A DNA stretch of 64,000 nucleotides, from positions 310,001-374,000 of the forward strand of contig RSEE01000032.1 of NCBI GenBank assembly GCA_003971905.1, in the 5' to 3' direction. The notes under the pieces were generated by a model that did not search any database, was not told the origin of the DNA, and was given only the letters and a program-made list of their open reading frames with translations. The translations under genes were made by a program, and so were the position numbers. Below are positions 25,045-38,315 of the stretch, in pieces. This DNA comes from Moniliella sp. 'wahieum'. Taxonomy: Eukaryota. The stretch's first letter is position 1; each line of letters opens with the position of its first letter.

Positions 25045-28000
25045 ATGGCCCGCGACTTCCGTCCCAAGGGCGCCCGGGAGGGCGCTGGCAAGCCCAAGCC
25101 CAAGAGTGCCGAGAAGCCTCAACAGCAGCAGGCGCCCAAGCAGGACAATCGTCCGCCCCCGCAACCCCAGCTGGCCTCCCTCTGAGCCCAAGTCCCACAC
25201 ACTTTTGACGACGACGGCCACGCGCGCTCAGTGCCTTCCGCACCCCCGGCTGATCGGCAGCGCGAGCCGCATCAGAACAAGAGCGCTCCCGAGCCGGAGC
25301 CTCTTTTCGCAGCATTCCACCATACTCGTGGAGGTGTCGGCTCTGGACAGCTACTTGTCCCCCCTCAGGCTTCGTGGATTACGGTACCCCTCCTGCCTCT
25401 GCCGGATGGGGCCACGGTCACCCCGCCGTCTGACGAGCAAGTTGACGCGCTGCGCACGAGGGCACAGGAGCTACTCATTGCGGATAACCAGGCTTTTTTC
25501 CATGCGCTGAAAGACTCTGGGAAGCGCAAGGAGGCTGCTTCCTTGGGCGCGCTCGGGTCGCTCTCAGCAGGTGATGCAAGGTTCATCTCTGACCTCCTTT
25601 ATGGCACGGGAGAGAGCAAGAGCGGTGCCACGTTGTCCGACCGAATTTCTGCATTGACCCTACTTATCCAGTCGAGCCCCATGCACAACCTTGAGACGCT
25701 GGACAAGCTGTTTGCTATGGTGCGCAAGCACTCCCGGCACGAGTCCGGTCCTGCCACGCGAGCAGTTGTGGACTGGCTGGCGAGCCCGGGTGGGCTTGGT
25801 GGACGGAAGCTTCTTTACTTCCGCGACCAGCCCGACCTTGCACGCGTTGCCTCGCTTTCTTCGTCAACGAAGAAAGACATGGTGCGCGCGGTGGACCAAC
25901 ATCTGGCCAAGTTTGCGTTTGAAGACGAGCTCAAGAAGTTTTACCTCCATTTCCTGCGCGCGCTCGAGGCCCAAATGCACCCCCTCCCCTTTGTGCGAAT
26001 TGCAGCTGTGGGGCATGCCTATCACCTCTTGCGCGACCAAAGCGAGCAAGAGCACAACGTACTCCGCCTCCTCGTTACCAAGATTGGCGATCCCGACCGT
26101 TCTGTGGCCGCCAAGATTTCGTCTCATCTTCTCAGTTTGCTTACCACCCACCGGCTATGAAGGCAATCGTCGTTCGTGAGGTGGGCGGAAGAGATGCAGA
26201 GGGCGGAAAAACGGGCACAGCAACCGAGCAACCCAAGGCCAACGTGCATGCCCAATACTATGGTGTGATCACCTTGACCAGACGGTTCTCATACTCAAGA
26301 TACCGCAGTGGCCACAGCCTGGTTGCTTTGTACTTTGAGTTGTTTGATGCACTCATGGCCCAAGGCGGACTGGAGGAGCCCAAGGAGGAGGCGAAGATGA
26401 GGAGCAAGCCAAGAAGGGACGAACCCAAGGATAAGAACCGCTGGCGAGACAGAAGGGGAAAAAGGGCAAGGGTAAGGGTAAGGGCAAGGGCAAGGTGAAG
26501 GCTGTGGTCTCTCTCCGCGACCGAGGCACATGGGAGGATGCTTAGTGCGATGCTGGCCGGCATGCGCCGTGCATTCCCTTTTGCAGCGGTACCGCAGGAA
26601 CTGACTTGACAAGCACGTCGAGACACTTTTCAAGGTCACTCATACTGGGTCCGTGACGCTGGCGGTGCAGTCCCTAAGCTGCTCTTCCAAACTCGTCCTG
26701 GCTACAAGACCACCCCACGGACAAGAGAGAAGAAGACCGCGGCACCTCTTTCGGTGAATTTGGGTCCGATGACCGACCGTTTCTACCGCACACTTTACGA
26801 TTCGCTTCTCGACCCCGTCTGGCAACATCTAACAAGCAAGCCATGTACCTCAACCTGCTCTTCAAAGCGATCAAGGTGACCCGGAACCGAACCGAGCCAA
26901 GGCGTTTGTCAAGCGTCTCACTCAGGTTCTGGTAGCCGGGATGGACCCGTCCTTTATCTGTGGTGCCCTCTACCTTCTCTCAGAGCTGCTCAAGCACGTC
27001 CCGGCTTGAGCGCAATGCTCACTGATCCCGAAGACGGGGAGCCGGAGCACTTTGTCGATGCGCCTGATCCCGATGATGAGAAGGCACCCGCCGCGGCCCT
27101 CGATTCACAAGCACGCGACGTATGACGGCAAGAAGCGTGACCCCCGGTACGCGTTGGCCGAGACAAGTGTGGTGGAGCTCTCCCGCTCACGCACATCACT
27201 TCCATCCCTCGGTCGCCCTCAACGCCCGGCAGCTTCTGCAGGGTTCTAAGGTTACCTCCAATGGAGACTTGAGTCTGCACACGCTCACCCACTTCCTCGA
27301 TCGGTTCGTCTACCGTAACCCCAAGTCCAAAGGTGAAGGTATGGCGAGTGTCATCCCGCTCCGGGGTGGTTCGGCGATGCAGCCGTCGGTGGCGAGTTTG
27401 CGGTTAGGTATGGACGGGGGCGCGGGGGTGGTCAACTTGCGCCGTACAGGGTTGCTTCCGGAAGAGGATGTTCGGAGCGCAGCGTTTGCTCAGCAACGCG
27501 CCGATCAGGTGGCGCCCGACCAGGCCTTCTTCCATCGGTTCATGACCACCAAGGCGGCACGTGCACCTGCACCATCCACCGAGGCCCCGGCCCAACAGGA
27601 GGATGATTCGGATGGATTCGGAGCTTGGGATGGACGAGGAGCAAGTGTGGAAAGCAATGCGCCGAACGCTGCCTAAGGAGCTGCAGCAAGCCGGGATGAC
27701 TGCGGAAGACGATGACGATTTGGACATGTACGGCTACTCCTCCGACGAGGGAGAGGCGGACGATACGGCGATTGCAGCTGTCCAGCAGTCTGAGGTCCCG
27801 GCAGACCAGGACGAAGACGAGGAGAATGATGATGATGATGAGGACGAGGCGCTCGAAGCTGGTGATGTCTCATCTGTCTCGGATTCGGATTCTGACGGGG
27901 ACGAGATGCTCGAGGACGAGGAGGATCTCTTGCCCTTTGCTGACTTTGATGCGGAGGAGGCCAAGTCCCAGGTGGCTGGCAAGAAGCGCCCAGCAGAGGA

Positions 28001-28136
28001 TGAAGAGACTGAAGGTCTGTCCAAGTCCCAACTGGCCCGGCGCGAACGCAAGAAGCGCAAGAACCTGTCTACGTTCGCTTCGGCTGAGGACTACGCGCAC
28101 ATGCTTGCGTCCGACGACGAAGGCAACATGGACTAG
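25045..28136 (+). CDS. MAK21: Ribosome biogenesis protein Mak21/Noc1 (CBF/CEBPZ family)
   Basis: TLSDRISALTLLIQSSP, FEDELKKFY, EQEHNVLRLLVTKIGD, HAQYYGVITL, YDGKKRDP, HFHPSV, LTHFLDRFVYRNPK, acidic tail and TFASAEDYAHML. Confidence 0.95.
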
Positions 28137-28364
28137 ACCGTACAATTCAATGGTGCCAGATCCCCCACGCAGGTTTCCCGATCGTCTATGTATCATGCCA
28201 CACACTTCACAGCCATCAATCTCATTCGCCCTTCGTCGTGAGTCTCGTAATTGTAATGGTGCAGCACAGTATGCATCTCCCGTACACGATAAGAAATACT
28301 TGGAAGGAATGGACAATTGGGAAATGGAAGGAAAGTGAGACCAGATGTATGAAGGGATAATTAA

Positions 28365-30084
28365 TTACAGCTTGGCCGAGAGTCCAGCCTGCTTGGCCTC
28401 AAGTGCTTGCTGCTCGGCCTGTACTTGGCTCTTCAGGATCCGGCGGAGGATCTTGCCTGCGCCGCTCTTGGGAATTTGGTCAATAATGCGCACACCGCCC
28501 CGTAGACGCTTGTAAAAGACAACCTTGTCATCCACATGCTTCTGCACGGCCTTGATCACCTCATCATGGTCCATCCCTTCTGCAGTGTGAGAAAGGACAA
28601 TGAATGCAAGAGGGTACTCAGTGGCCTTGGCCTTGACATAGAGGGGCACGACAGCAGCGTCGGCCACGAGAGGTGAATCAAGTAGAATCCCCTCCAGCTC
28701 GGCAGGTGCCACTTGCCTCCCTCCCGTCTTAATCAGTTCCTTGAGGCGGTCGGTAATGTAGAGATGGTTCTGGTTGACATAGCCAATGTCGCCCGTGGCG
28801 AACCAATCAGGTTCTGGGAAGGAGTTGGCGGTGGCCTCAGCATTGTTCAAGTATTGCCTGAAAATGGTGGGTCCCTTGACCCAAATTTCCCCCTCCAGCG
28901 TGCCCCCGTTTTTCCCTTTGCCCACGGTGTTGCTCACATTGTCCCCTGTCTCGGGATCAACCAGGCGAATCTCGATCCCGGCACAATCTGTCCCGCCGAA
29001 CCTCGGAATGGGCCCTTGCTGTATTCGGCTGGGTGACTGATGGCCATGACAGGACTGGTTTCAGTCAAGCCATAGCCCTGTGCGACATGGAGACCGGGCA
29101 ATCGGGCTTCCACCTGGCAGGCTAGCTCGTCCGAGAGTGGAGCGGCACCAGAGATGACTCCGTGAAGCGAGGATAGGTCGAACTTGTCCACGACGGGGCT
29201 CTTGGCAAAGAGAACCATTATGGGAGGCGCGACAGCCATCCATTGGATCCTGTACCTCTCGATTGCACGGCAACATGCTTCAAGCTCAAACCGCCGGCAT
29301 GACAACCACCGGTGCACCACTGGTGAAGTGCTCAAGACAGTAGATGGTCAACGAAAAGATGTGGTACATCGGCAGCACGGCAAGCGCCCGGCGTTCAATG
29401 CCACACGTCGGGTCGGCAACGATAAGGATGTTGGCCATGGCACTCATGTTGCCGTGGGTCAGAATGGTACCCTTGCTCTTCCCCGATGTTCCACTAGTAC
29501 ACGAGAGAATGAACGCCGTCATAGTGGTCGCGTCCTCGACGTGAATGGGCTCAAGCCGTTCCGATCCCAAGAGGGTGCGGACGTCTTTCTCTCCCAGGGG
29601 ACCTTCAGCCAGCTGATCAGCGTCGGATAGGAGCCAAATAATGTCCTTGTCATTGGCGCGGGGTGGTTGACCTTCTCGAGGGCAGTGCGGACGGCGACCA
29701 TTGAGCTTGATTGGGATGGACAAAGACGTAGCTGATGTCTGAATCGCTGAAAGGGTGCATCAACTCATCGGCGGTGTACATGGGAGCAACGGGCACGGCG
29801 ACGACGCCAGAGATGAGGCATGCATGCAGCAGCAATGGATAGTACGTCGAGTTGGGAGCCACGACGGCCACACGATCACCAGGTGCAAGCTTGAGCTTGA
29901 AACGCAGGGCCCATGCCAGCTGATCGGCCTTGAGGCTAAACTCACCGCGAGTCAGCGTCTTTCCGTCGAGGCGGACATAGGCAGGGGCATTGTCGGGCAC
30001 ATGCTTGGGGTTGGAGCGGACGGTCAAAATCGCGTTGCCCGTGGGCGGCGGCGGAACGGGGAGTGGGTTGTGGATGCTGGCCAT
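28365..30084 (-). CDS. 4-coumarate-CoA-ligase-like acyl/aryl-CoA synthetase, peroxisomal (PTS1 -AKL)
   Basis: TSGTSGKSKG, LPMYHIF, SGAAPL, QGYGLTET, GEIWVKGP, TGDIG, DRLKELIK, QVAPAELE, LRGGV and IPKSGAGKILRR; ends in SAKL*. TATA-like TATAAA on the minus strand near 30208-30213. Confidence 0.92.
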
Positions 30085-30819
30085 GGCAGAGGGAGGGCGG
30101 CAGAGCACAGATTGCGGGCAAGAACACGGCAGAGCACGATGGAGGCGAGGAGGAGGAGCTGTTGACAAGGAGGGCTTTGCGGGTGAGATGTGAGAGCGAC
30201 TGGGCTGCTTTATAGCGGAACGCACTTGAATGCTATGCAGCACATCGCCCCGCAACGGAGCTTATTGCCCGTCTTTGAGGCGGCAACCAGACCGGGCGCT
30301 GAGTACTGAGTAATGACATGATGACACCGGGTCGAAGGCATCCCAATAGCCGGCCCCGGTCGTCAATGCCTAATCAATCCCCCGTGCGTGGGGCTTGATG
30401 TTGATGCATGATACATGATGCATGATGAGTGTGTTGGCTGCTTAAGTGTGGCGATGCAGTCCACTGCAGTCGCACAGAGACGCAAGTCACCGGTCACCAG
30501 TCACTAGTCAGTAGTCAGTCCCTCAGCACCCTCAGTCCTCCCAGCGTCACGTTAACCCCACCAGGACAAGGCGCTGGCGCCTGCAGCCGCAGGTTGGCGC
30601 AGCGGGCGCGAGGGCGCGGTTGGGGCAGCGTCCGGGATTGCTTTTACTCCGCACGGGAACCTTCGTACTACCGGGAATCAACAACCCGAGTACCAGTACT
30701 TTACCGGGTGGCAACCGGAAAGCGCAACCCGGCCCGCGGCTCTGGGTACAGCTGCCGTATGCAGTCACGTGACGACTGTCCACTAATGCACACACCCCGC
30801 TGATTACGCGGGCTACGCG

Positions 30820-30848
30820 GTTACGCGTTACGCGTTACGCGTCACGCG
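30820..30848. repeat. Heptamer array (TTACGCG)x3-4 = ACGCGT+T
   Basis: Directly visible. Confidence 0.9.
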
Positions 30849-31201
30849 CGATTACGTGTTACAACCGTTATGCATTACGTCCGTCTCTGGTCCGCAGTCC
30901 CCAGCCTCCTGGTCCCAATCATGCATCCGTCACGTGCCATCATCGATCATCCATCATGCATCTTGAGTAGTTAGTAGCTTCGATCGAGTAAATACGATCT
31001 TGGAATGCTACAATTTTAAACTACCTTCCTTGTGATTTCAAAGCATCCAAAACGTCCACATTGCAATGTTCAATTCCGATCTGATGTGGTTTCGCCCTCA
31101 GCGCCTCAGCCTGTTCATAGCTTCAATATTCAATGCCTGTTCTTCTCGTGTTTCGCCCCGTCCCTCTGCCGCACCCCGTCACCAAGCCGCGGCAGCCTAC
31201 A

Positions 31202-32497
31202 ATGCTTTTGCAACGAGCGTCGCTGCTACCGTCGGTGTGCGCGGCTGCACTGCCGCGGTGTGCTCGGCGTACCATTTCTACCACAGCTGTCGCGCATGCA
31301 CAGCTGAATCGGGCCAAGTTGGCACAGGTCGACCAGGCGCTCGAGCAGTACGTTGAGGACGGAGTACACCTTGGGGTCAATTTGCTTGTGGCCCACAGAG
31401 GGGATGTGTGGTGCACCAGGCCCTTGTTGGCCAGGCTGCTCCCGGGAGGCAGGTTAAAGAGAATGACAAGCACATGGTTCTCTCTCTCTCCAAGGCATTT
31501 ACTGCTGTGCTCGTCTTGCGTGCGATCCAGGAGGGCTGGTTCGACCTGAACACTCACGTCGATGAGCTGATGCCTGGGTTCGCCGTTAAGGGAAAAGAAA
31601 ACGCTACCGTCGAACACCTTTTGTGCCATATGGCGGGCCTTCCAACCGCCACCATTTCGCCCCCCTCCCGCTACAGGCAATGGGTGAGCTGGAAAAGTCT
31701 GCGGCTGCAGCGGCAGATCTGGACTCGCTCTTCACCCCGGAGAAGGGTGTGTGTATTCCTCCGGAGCCGGATACGACGTTCTAGGTCAAGTTTTGGTAAA
31801 TTCCGATCCCAAGTCAAGGTCATTTAACGAGATTGCTCACGAGGAGCTCTTTGAGCCTTTGGGTCTGGAAGGCACTACCTTCAGCTTGCCAGTAGATGAC
31901 CCTGCTCGGGTCCCGATGGAGTATGCAGTTGCCTCTCGGACGCCTTACACGGATTTTCACCAAGGTTATGAATGGCCTGGATGAGACCAAGGCATCCTCA
32001 TCTTCGGGTGCATCCAGTACGGTACGGGATGTGTTCAAGTTCAGCGAGATGCTTGTGGGGCGTGGACCTGCAGTGCTATCTCCTGAAGTGCTGGCGCTTG
32101 CCAAAAAGAACCATGTGGGCGATCGACCGTTCGTGGCCATGACCGCCTTTGACAAGGCGTCCGTCGTTGCGCAGTTGAGGGGTACCATTGGCCTTTGGGG
32201 TATGTTCAAATCTGCCCGCATGACCAAAGCCGCCATCAAGGACGAAGAAACATTCCCAGCCCAATTCAACCTGTTGGGTGGTTCTTCTCGGGGTCAAGGC
32301 GACTTCCTTACCCACCTGGGAAACTCGCATCCCCCTCAGCGTTGGATCCCAAGGATCGGGAGCCGCGTCATCATGCACGATCCAGCACATGATTTGACGG
32401 TCATCTTTATGGCGCCCACCTGGTCGATGGCAACCACAACGCGATGCGCCACGTGAGTCAGATCAATGACCTCGTGCTTGCTGCACTGGAGGAATGA
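31202..32497 (+). CDS. Beta-lactamase-family (class C/EstB-like) serine hydrolase
   Basis: SxxK motif (SLSK), TVEHLLCHMAGLP, YSS..YDVLG, LFEPLGL and HDPAHDLTVIF. No intron seen; several indels. Confidence 0.88.
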
Positions 32498-32910
32498 ATG
32501 ATGTCTCCTAAGGCGTATTTCTATTAGTTCACTACGGAAGAGTATCAGCCAATGATATCAACCGGAGCAGAGTGCCAGGCTGTGGACCGGTTCAACCATC
32601 AATCTGGCTTCAGTGCTGGCCTTATGTGACCCAATACGCATTAGCGGGGAAAGGTCTGGGGAATGGCCAAGAAGCACCATCAAGTCTAACAGTCGAGTTG
32701 GCAGCCTGTTCCCCAAGGCTGGCCGATGGACGCTGTCACCATCCGGCCGAGTCCTGTGACTCTCATGTAGTAGTACCTGCCCCGCTAAATCCAAGCTGCT
32801 TTGAGCGTAACATTCTTTTCCTCCTCCCTAGAGAATCTGCGTATCGTATTCCGTCTCTGTGCCCGAGTCTGATAAAGAAATGATGAGACGATGTGTAGAT
32901 TAACATGCAA

Positions 32911-34715
32911 CTACCAAGAAGAAAAGTCACCAAACCCACCTTGGGGTCTTACGCTTCTTTCCTCCTCGCGAATCAGGGACCGCAGGAGGGGGTCTGGATT
33001 TGGCTTTGAGAACCGAAGATCGATGCGGGCCTTGGGCAGATGCCTCGCCAGAAGAAGCAATCGAGAGATACTTGCCTACCCCTCCCTGGGGCGATGCCAT
33101 TGACTTGGGTTCGTCCAGGTTGGTCCCAACCATGTGGTGCGATCGGTTTCCCGCGCACGGCGATGAGCTTGCCTGGCCTCTTTGTCAGCCAGTGGCTGGG
33201 CTTGACGTAGTCGCTTGGCCTGAAGCTTCTGCGCTTGCTCCTCCATGGGATCAGAGTACACATCTGCAACCTCAATTACAATCGGTTTCAAGGGTCGGTT
33301 GTTATTGGCAGCAGTGGGGGTGCGTTCGATGGCGGTAAGGGTACGCTCGGACCCTCCTGGTCGGCCAACCGACCAAAGACGGTATGTTTACCATCAAGGT
33401 GTTGCCTGGCAGCAAACGTGATAAAAACTGACTAGTGTTGGTGTTGGCCCCCCGGTTGGCCATGGAAAGGGTGCCCTCTGGGTGTGTCGGTGGGGGTTCC
33501 CTTGGGCTGCAACTCATCCCCGAACATGTGGCCATAATACGACTCGCCTCCCTCCCCGTTCCGGTAGGGTCACCCCCCTGGGCCATAAAACCGGGAATGA
33601 CGCGGTGGAAGGTGGTGCCCGCATAATATCCTTTACGGCAAAGCTGGAGGAAGTTCCAGCACTGGAGGAAATGTCAGCTCAATTATTTTCGCTTGGCTTG
33701 GATGAAAGGACGTACGGTAACAGGTGCCTTGTCCACGAACAGCTCCAAATCCAACTTGCCCAAGTTGGTCTCGAGACGAACATAAGCTCGGACTGGCTTT
33801 CCACCACGTTGTGCCAACGCCCGAACTGAACCAAATAGCTCATCTTCCTCGGTCATTCCAATCTGCTCATTCTTTGTTTGCGGGGTCATAGTGCTGCTGG
33901 TGAACGATGCTGCTGCTGCACCAGTCGTCATGAGTTGCTTAGCACCAGTTGGAGGATTGGCTGCCTTAGATAGTGCGAGTTGGGATACGGGCTTGGAAGA
34001 AGACGGATGTGTGGGTTTGCTAACCCCTTTCTCTGTGGAAGTCTTTCCTCTTCTTTTTGCCGGAGCTGCAGCAGGCGCGCTGCGGCACCACCAGCGGCAG
34101 CATGGTTGACTTGCTGGGAATACTCGTCACCACCCCCAAACTTTTGGCGGTCAGCTTCGGTTAGGGTGCGGTGATGGGCGACATGCGCCGGAACCTCGTA
34201 AGCCTTGATGGCGCCTTGGTCGTCTTGAATGGTCCAGAGGTCGCGCTGCTTGTCAAACGGGGTCTCTTGGTCGACAAGATCGACAAAATTGCGTGCGCGC
34301 ACGTTGAGCTCTCGGACTGTTTCATACGAATACACATTCCCGGTGGGAACAACAACAACCAGGTGAGTGTGCGATCCAAAGGCGCGAAAGGTGACTGGGT
34401 CCGCATATTCGCCCTTTTCGTTCTTGTGGAAGTGCAAGGGCACTAGTTGGCTCGGCTCCAGCGGCTCCCCAGACCAAGGATCAGACTTGTACTTGGCCGC
34501 GTACGGGACAATATTGGTCAGTTCGTACACTCGAGCGGTCTTGCCGTCGGGCATGCCCACCGCCACAGGATGCTCCCACGGCTGGAATGTCAGAGCACAG
34601 TGATCGAACGTCAAAGCCTCGTGCCCGGCATGGCTGAGGAAGCGCTTGTGCCGGGAGGCGCCGTCGTGCGCTCCGATGACCGGACATATAGAGCATTGGT
34701 GTTTCCGTGGCCCAT
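32911..34715 (-). CDS. Peptidyl-prolyl isomerase-like 2 (U-box/RING + cyclophilin; Cyp60/PPIL2)
   Basis: [72 protein letters not shown] and C-terminal GFGDFSSW*; intron at 33662-33715. Confidence 0.93.
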
Positions 34716-34976
34716 GACTTGTCCGTGTCCGTGGTCGGTGTTTGCGGTAGTGCTGGGGCTTGTACTGGCTGTCTTGGGAGCGACGCGTTGTGGACGTTGG
34801 CGTGGTGGTCCGCCCGCAACAAAACTGGGTGTCGCGGCGGGGGGAAAACTGAACATCAGCGACAGATTGCGTAATGAAGGAGATATTTCAGAACGCTGCG
34901 CTTATAGCAGCGGCGTAGTTGCCACCGCTGTGCCTCTCTCCGACCTCACCGGGCCGTCTGCCACCGCTTCGCTGCC

Positions 34977-37094
34977 ATGCCGCAAGTGTTGATCAAGTGC
35001 CCATCTCCGGACGCGCTTGGCAGAGTTATCGACGACACCCCCCTCCAGATCCAACCTGGGGCCGTGGTGGCCGATGTCAAGGCGCTTGTGTCGCAGTGGC
35101 CCGGCCGCCCCCGCATGGAAGCAATCCGAGTCATCCGCGCCGGTCGCGTGTGCGCTGATGACGACCTTGTCATCCTCCCCGCAAGTGACGAGGACGCTCC
35201 GCGCCATGCTTCACGTCTCCATACCCCCCAACGCATGGACCGAGAGGGTACCCATTGGCCGCCCTCAATACCCGTCGGTTGCGCCGTCCGGTCCACCGAG
35301 CGCCTTATTTAATGAACAGCCCCCATCATCCCCCTCCGGCCTGATCCAGCCGACCAAACCGACATCACTATACGCGCGGTGCAGTCCTCTCTTTTAATGC
35401 AGTCGCTTGGGTCCCCCCACCAGGTGTATGAGCTCATCTTCACCTCACGTTCTGTGGGCGCGGCGAATGGCCGATGTGTGGGGGTGGTGAACGAACTTAT
35501 TCCAATCGCAGTGCCTCCGGGCCTGCCCGTTCCTCTGAGTCCTATATCGGCCTTGCAAGTATACTGGGGTAACACCGAGACTGCGCCCAGTCCAATCAAG
35601 GAGGTATTGGAAGCCAACAACGATATTGATCGTCTGTTGGGCCTATCCCTCTGCCCTTGGGCTCAATTTGGAGCATCTGTTCTGTTCTCCGATACTCGCA
35701 TCCCTGTTCCTGGAAAGAACGAGTACCATGTCCAGTCCGGCGCTTCTGTTCTCACACTACGTCAAAGTTCCTTCCCTTCCATGTGGAGTCAACTCCAGTC
35801 CCCTCTGTCGTACTTGGAATGGGTGTCGCTCAACCGACTTACCCCCTTGGAAGCCGCGTTGATGTCTTTGTCTTCTCCGCCTCTTTCCAACGAGGAGGGG
35901 CTAGCAGCGGCGATGGACATGCTCATGTCGCGTACTCCATATCCACTGCAATCCAGCTCTGTTGAAGCTCCCCTAAGGCAAACGGAGCAACCAAGATTCC
36001 CAGCGCCAAGAGCCCAAGCAGGTCCTGGTCGCCCAGCCATCCCACCCTGGCACGTGCAACCGGGGCCTGACATGCGACTTGGAGCAGATGTATTAGCCGC
36101 GCGGCAAGCCTTAGCAGACGAAAATGCACGACGGACAATCGCTGCTGCACGGGAGGCGGCAATGTTGCACTTCCCCATCATAGTGCGAACAACCGTTCGT
36201 GCCATGTTCCGTCTCTTGAACGTTATTTTTGCCTTGGCCATTACCAGACTGCTTCCCTCGGTACGCACAGCGCTAAAGCCGCGCCCCTTACACCCACGCA
36301 CGCAAGAAGAGGACACGGACAGACGCGTGGGTCAGGCTGCGATATTCGTCTTGCTTTTATTCATCATCGCGATTTTTTGGTTGATTACCGTCGACTGCTA
36401 CGCCAAGCGCGCAATGCAAACACCGCCCCTCCTCCCGATGGTCTTGCACCTCCTGAACCCGCACAAGCCCAAGAGCAACAAGGGGTACGACGACTCCCCC
36501 TCCGCTGGATGCATGATGCCTTCTCGCTTACCCGCGGGCCCAGTGGGTTGGGACGTGGGATTTGGGAGAGGAGAACGAAAGGCTGTCTCTTCCCGTTCCT
36601 GCTCCACCTCCCGACCAGGAGGGCCGCCAGTTTCTACCTCACGCAATTGTGGCTGGGTTAGCGGGCGAGGAACGTCCCCAAGGTGAGCCTGATCCTAGGC
36701 GCATCAAACTCCCGCGCGATATTCCCCCGGATCCGCATGGACAGCTCGGGAATTGCTGGCCTCTTTTCTGGCATCTCTCTGGCCAGCAGCCCAAGCTCAG
36801 CGCCGAGCGGCCTTGCGGAACCGGGAGGAGACTACCCGTTCTTCTGTGCGCGCCTGGGCAAGCTTTGCCCGTTCATCCCTGCGCCAGGCAAGGGAGCATA
36901 TTGAAGCGCAACAGGCATCCCAGAGTGCCTTCGTTCTTCGTCGCACAGCCGGACCAGATGAGGTAGACGAGGACATGGTTCTCCCAGACGATAACTTCAA
37001 TGGCGCTTCGTCGGTCCCCACACCGCCCTTGGCACCGAGGGAAGACGAACGTCCCGACTTTGATGGCTGGCCCAGCCTCTTCCCCTCACTCTAG
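34977..37094 (+). CDS. N-terminal ubiquitin-like domain membrane protein, possibly a HERP/Usa1-like ERAD factor
   Basis: UBL-like start (VADVKALVS..WPGRP..IRVIRAGRV), hydrophobic segments near 36170-36400 and an LLASFLASLWP-type C-terminal helix. The family assignment is tentative. Confidence 0.55.
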
Positions 37095-37871
37095 CTCCTG
37101 AGGGCCTGCGCACGCCTTATACTACTCGTGTAGCTGGAGATATTTTGATGCGTCAACCTCGTGAAGACGTGAACGCATAACGTCCACTATACATTCTTTA
37201 CTCCTTGGATGAAGCTCCGTGTCTCCATTGCTCGTTCATTAATACCATGTTCAGTTCGCATTGAATCCAGGCAAGTAGATTGGGTATCGTCTCTATGTTG
37301 CTCCAGCAAAACCACACGGCCCATAAGCCAATTTCAGCAGCTTTTCAGAGTGACAGTGTTCTTCTTTCCGGACAACAGCTTCCTTCACGCCGCTCCCCAC
37401 ACATTGTGAGCCGGGTAAACGCTTCCTTTCCATGTCAGCTGAGGCGCCGCAGGCACATCCGGGAACGGTTGCTGAGCCCCCAATCCGCGACGCGGATGTG
37501 CATTTCTGCCTCGAACGCAGATGGAAAGGAGTGACTGAACCAACTTTTCTTCGCGCGAAATGTGTCTTCACCTTTTTGTCCTTTTTTTCCTTTTTCGAGT
37601 GGAGATCGAACCCCCCCCCCCATCTTCTGGCGCAAGTTCCGTGCGGGACCGTTATCTGCACCCAACCCTTCTCACCAAAAATAGGGCACACGGTAGAACA
37701 AGGAAGCGATGAAGGAATTCTAGTAACTTCCATTTCATTGGCAGACTTAAGAAGGCTGGGACAGGGGGAACGCTACGTCTAAACCTAACCGTTCATCTTG
37801 CGGGGGTTACTTAGGGGCGCCACCAGGGTCAAGGAACCAGGGGGATCGCCAGGATATCAGGACCCTCCGGC

Positions 37872-38315
37872 TCATGCCATCCGGTCCCGTACCCTAGGAA
37901 GCGCGTATGGACACGGAGGAACGTGGTTGACATCCGAGCGAAACCATTTCCACTGAGACTTAGTAGCCAACTCCTTCCAATGCGCAAACAACTTGCTCGC
38001 CGTCTTGGTGCCGTAGTATCCTCGCGTCGTCAAAACCAGGGGGAAAAACGTCTCTTGAGTGCGTCCCTGGTACTTGGCGTTCTTCTCGCATTCTGCTTGT
38101 TCAAGCATCCGAAGCAGCTCCTTCTCCCGGCGTTCCAAGGGGGTTGCGGTGCTCGCGTGCACCACCCTCCGGAACGCGCTCTGCGCTGCCAGTGATCCCG
38201 TGTCGCGCAGCGTGTGGTCGACCTCCATTCCTGATCCTCCCAGTGCTCCGGGTCCCATCACGCGGTAGTCAGTGCGCTGTGTCCTCTGTCTCCGGCCATC
38301 CTCGTCCTCCACCAT
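37872..38315 (-). mobile_element. 5'-truncated non-LTR retrotransposon fragment, restriction-like endonuclease (RLE) C-terminus, CRE/Cnl1/MoTeR-like
   Basis: RTDY..EVDHT (R-x-D..D), AECEKNAKY (E..K..KY) and FFPLVLTTRGYYG (F.P.V....G..G), in the RLE motif order. No RT domain upstream; A-rich tract on the minus strand near 37572-37596. Confidence 0.72.

Noticed and set aside
37596..37690. Minus-strand GGTTCGATCTCC B-box as a tRNA or SINE
   Set aside because: No convincing A box or cloverleaf.
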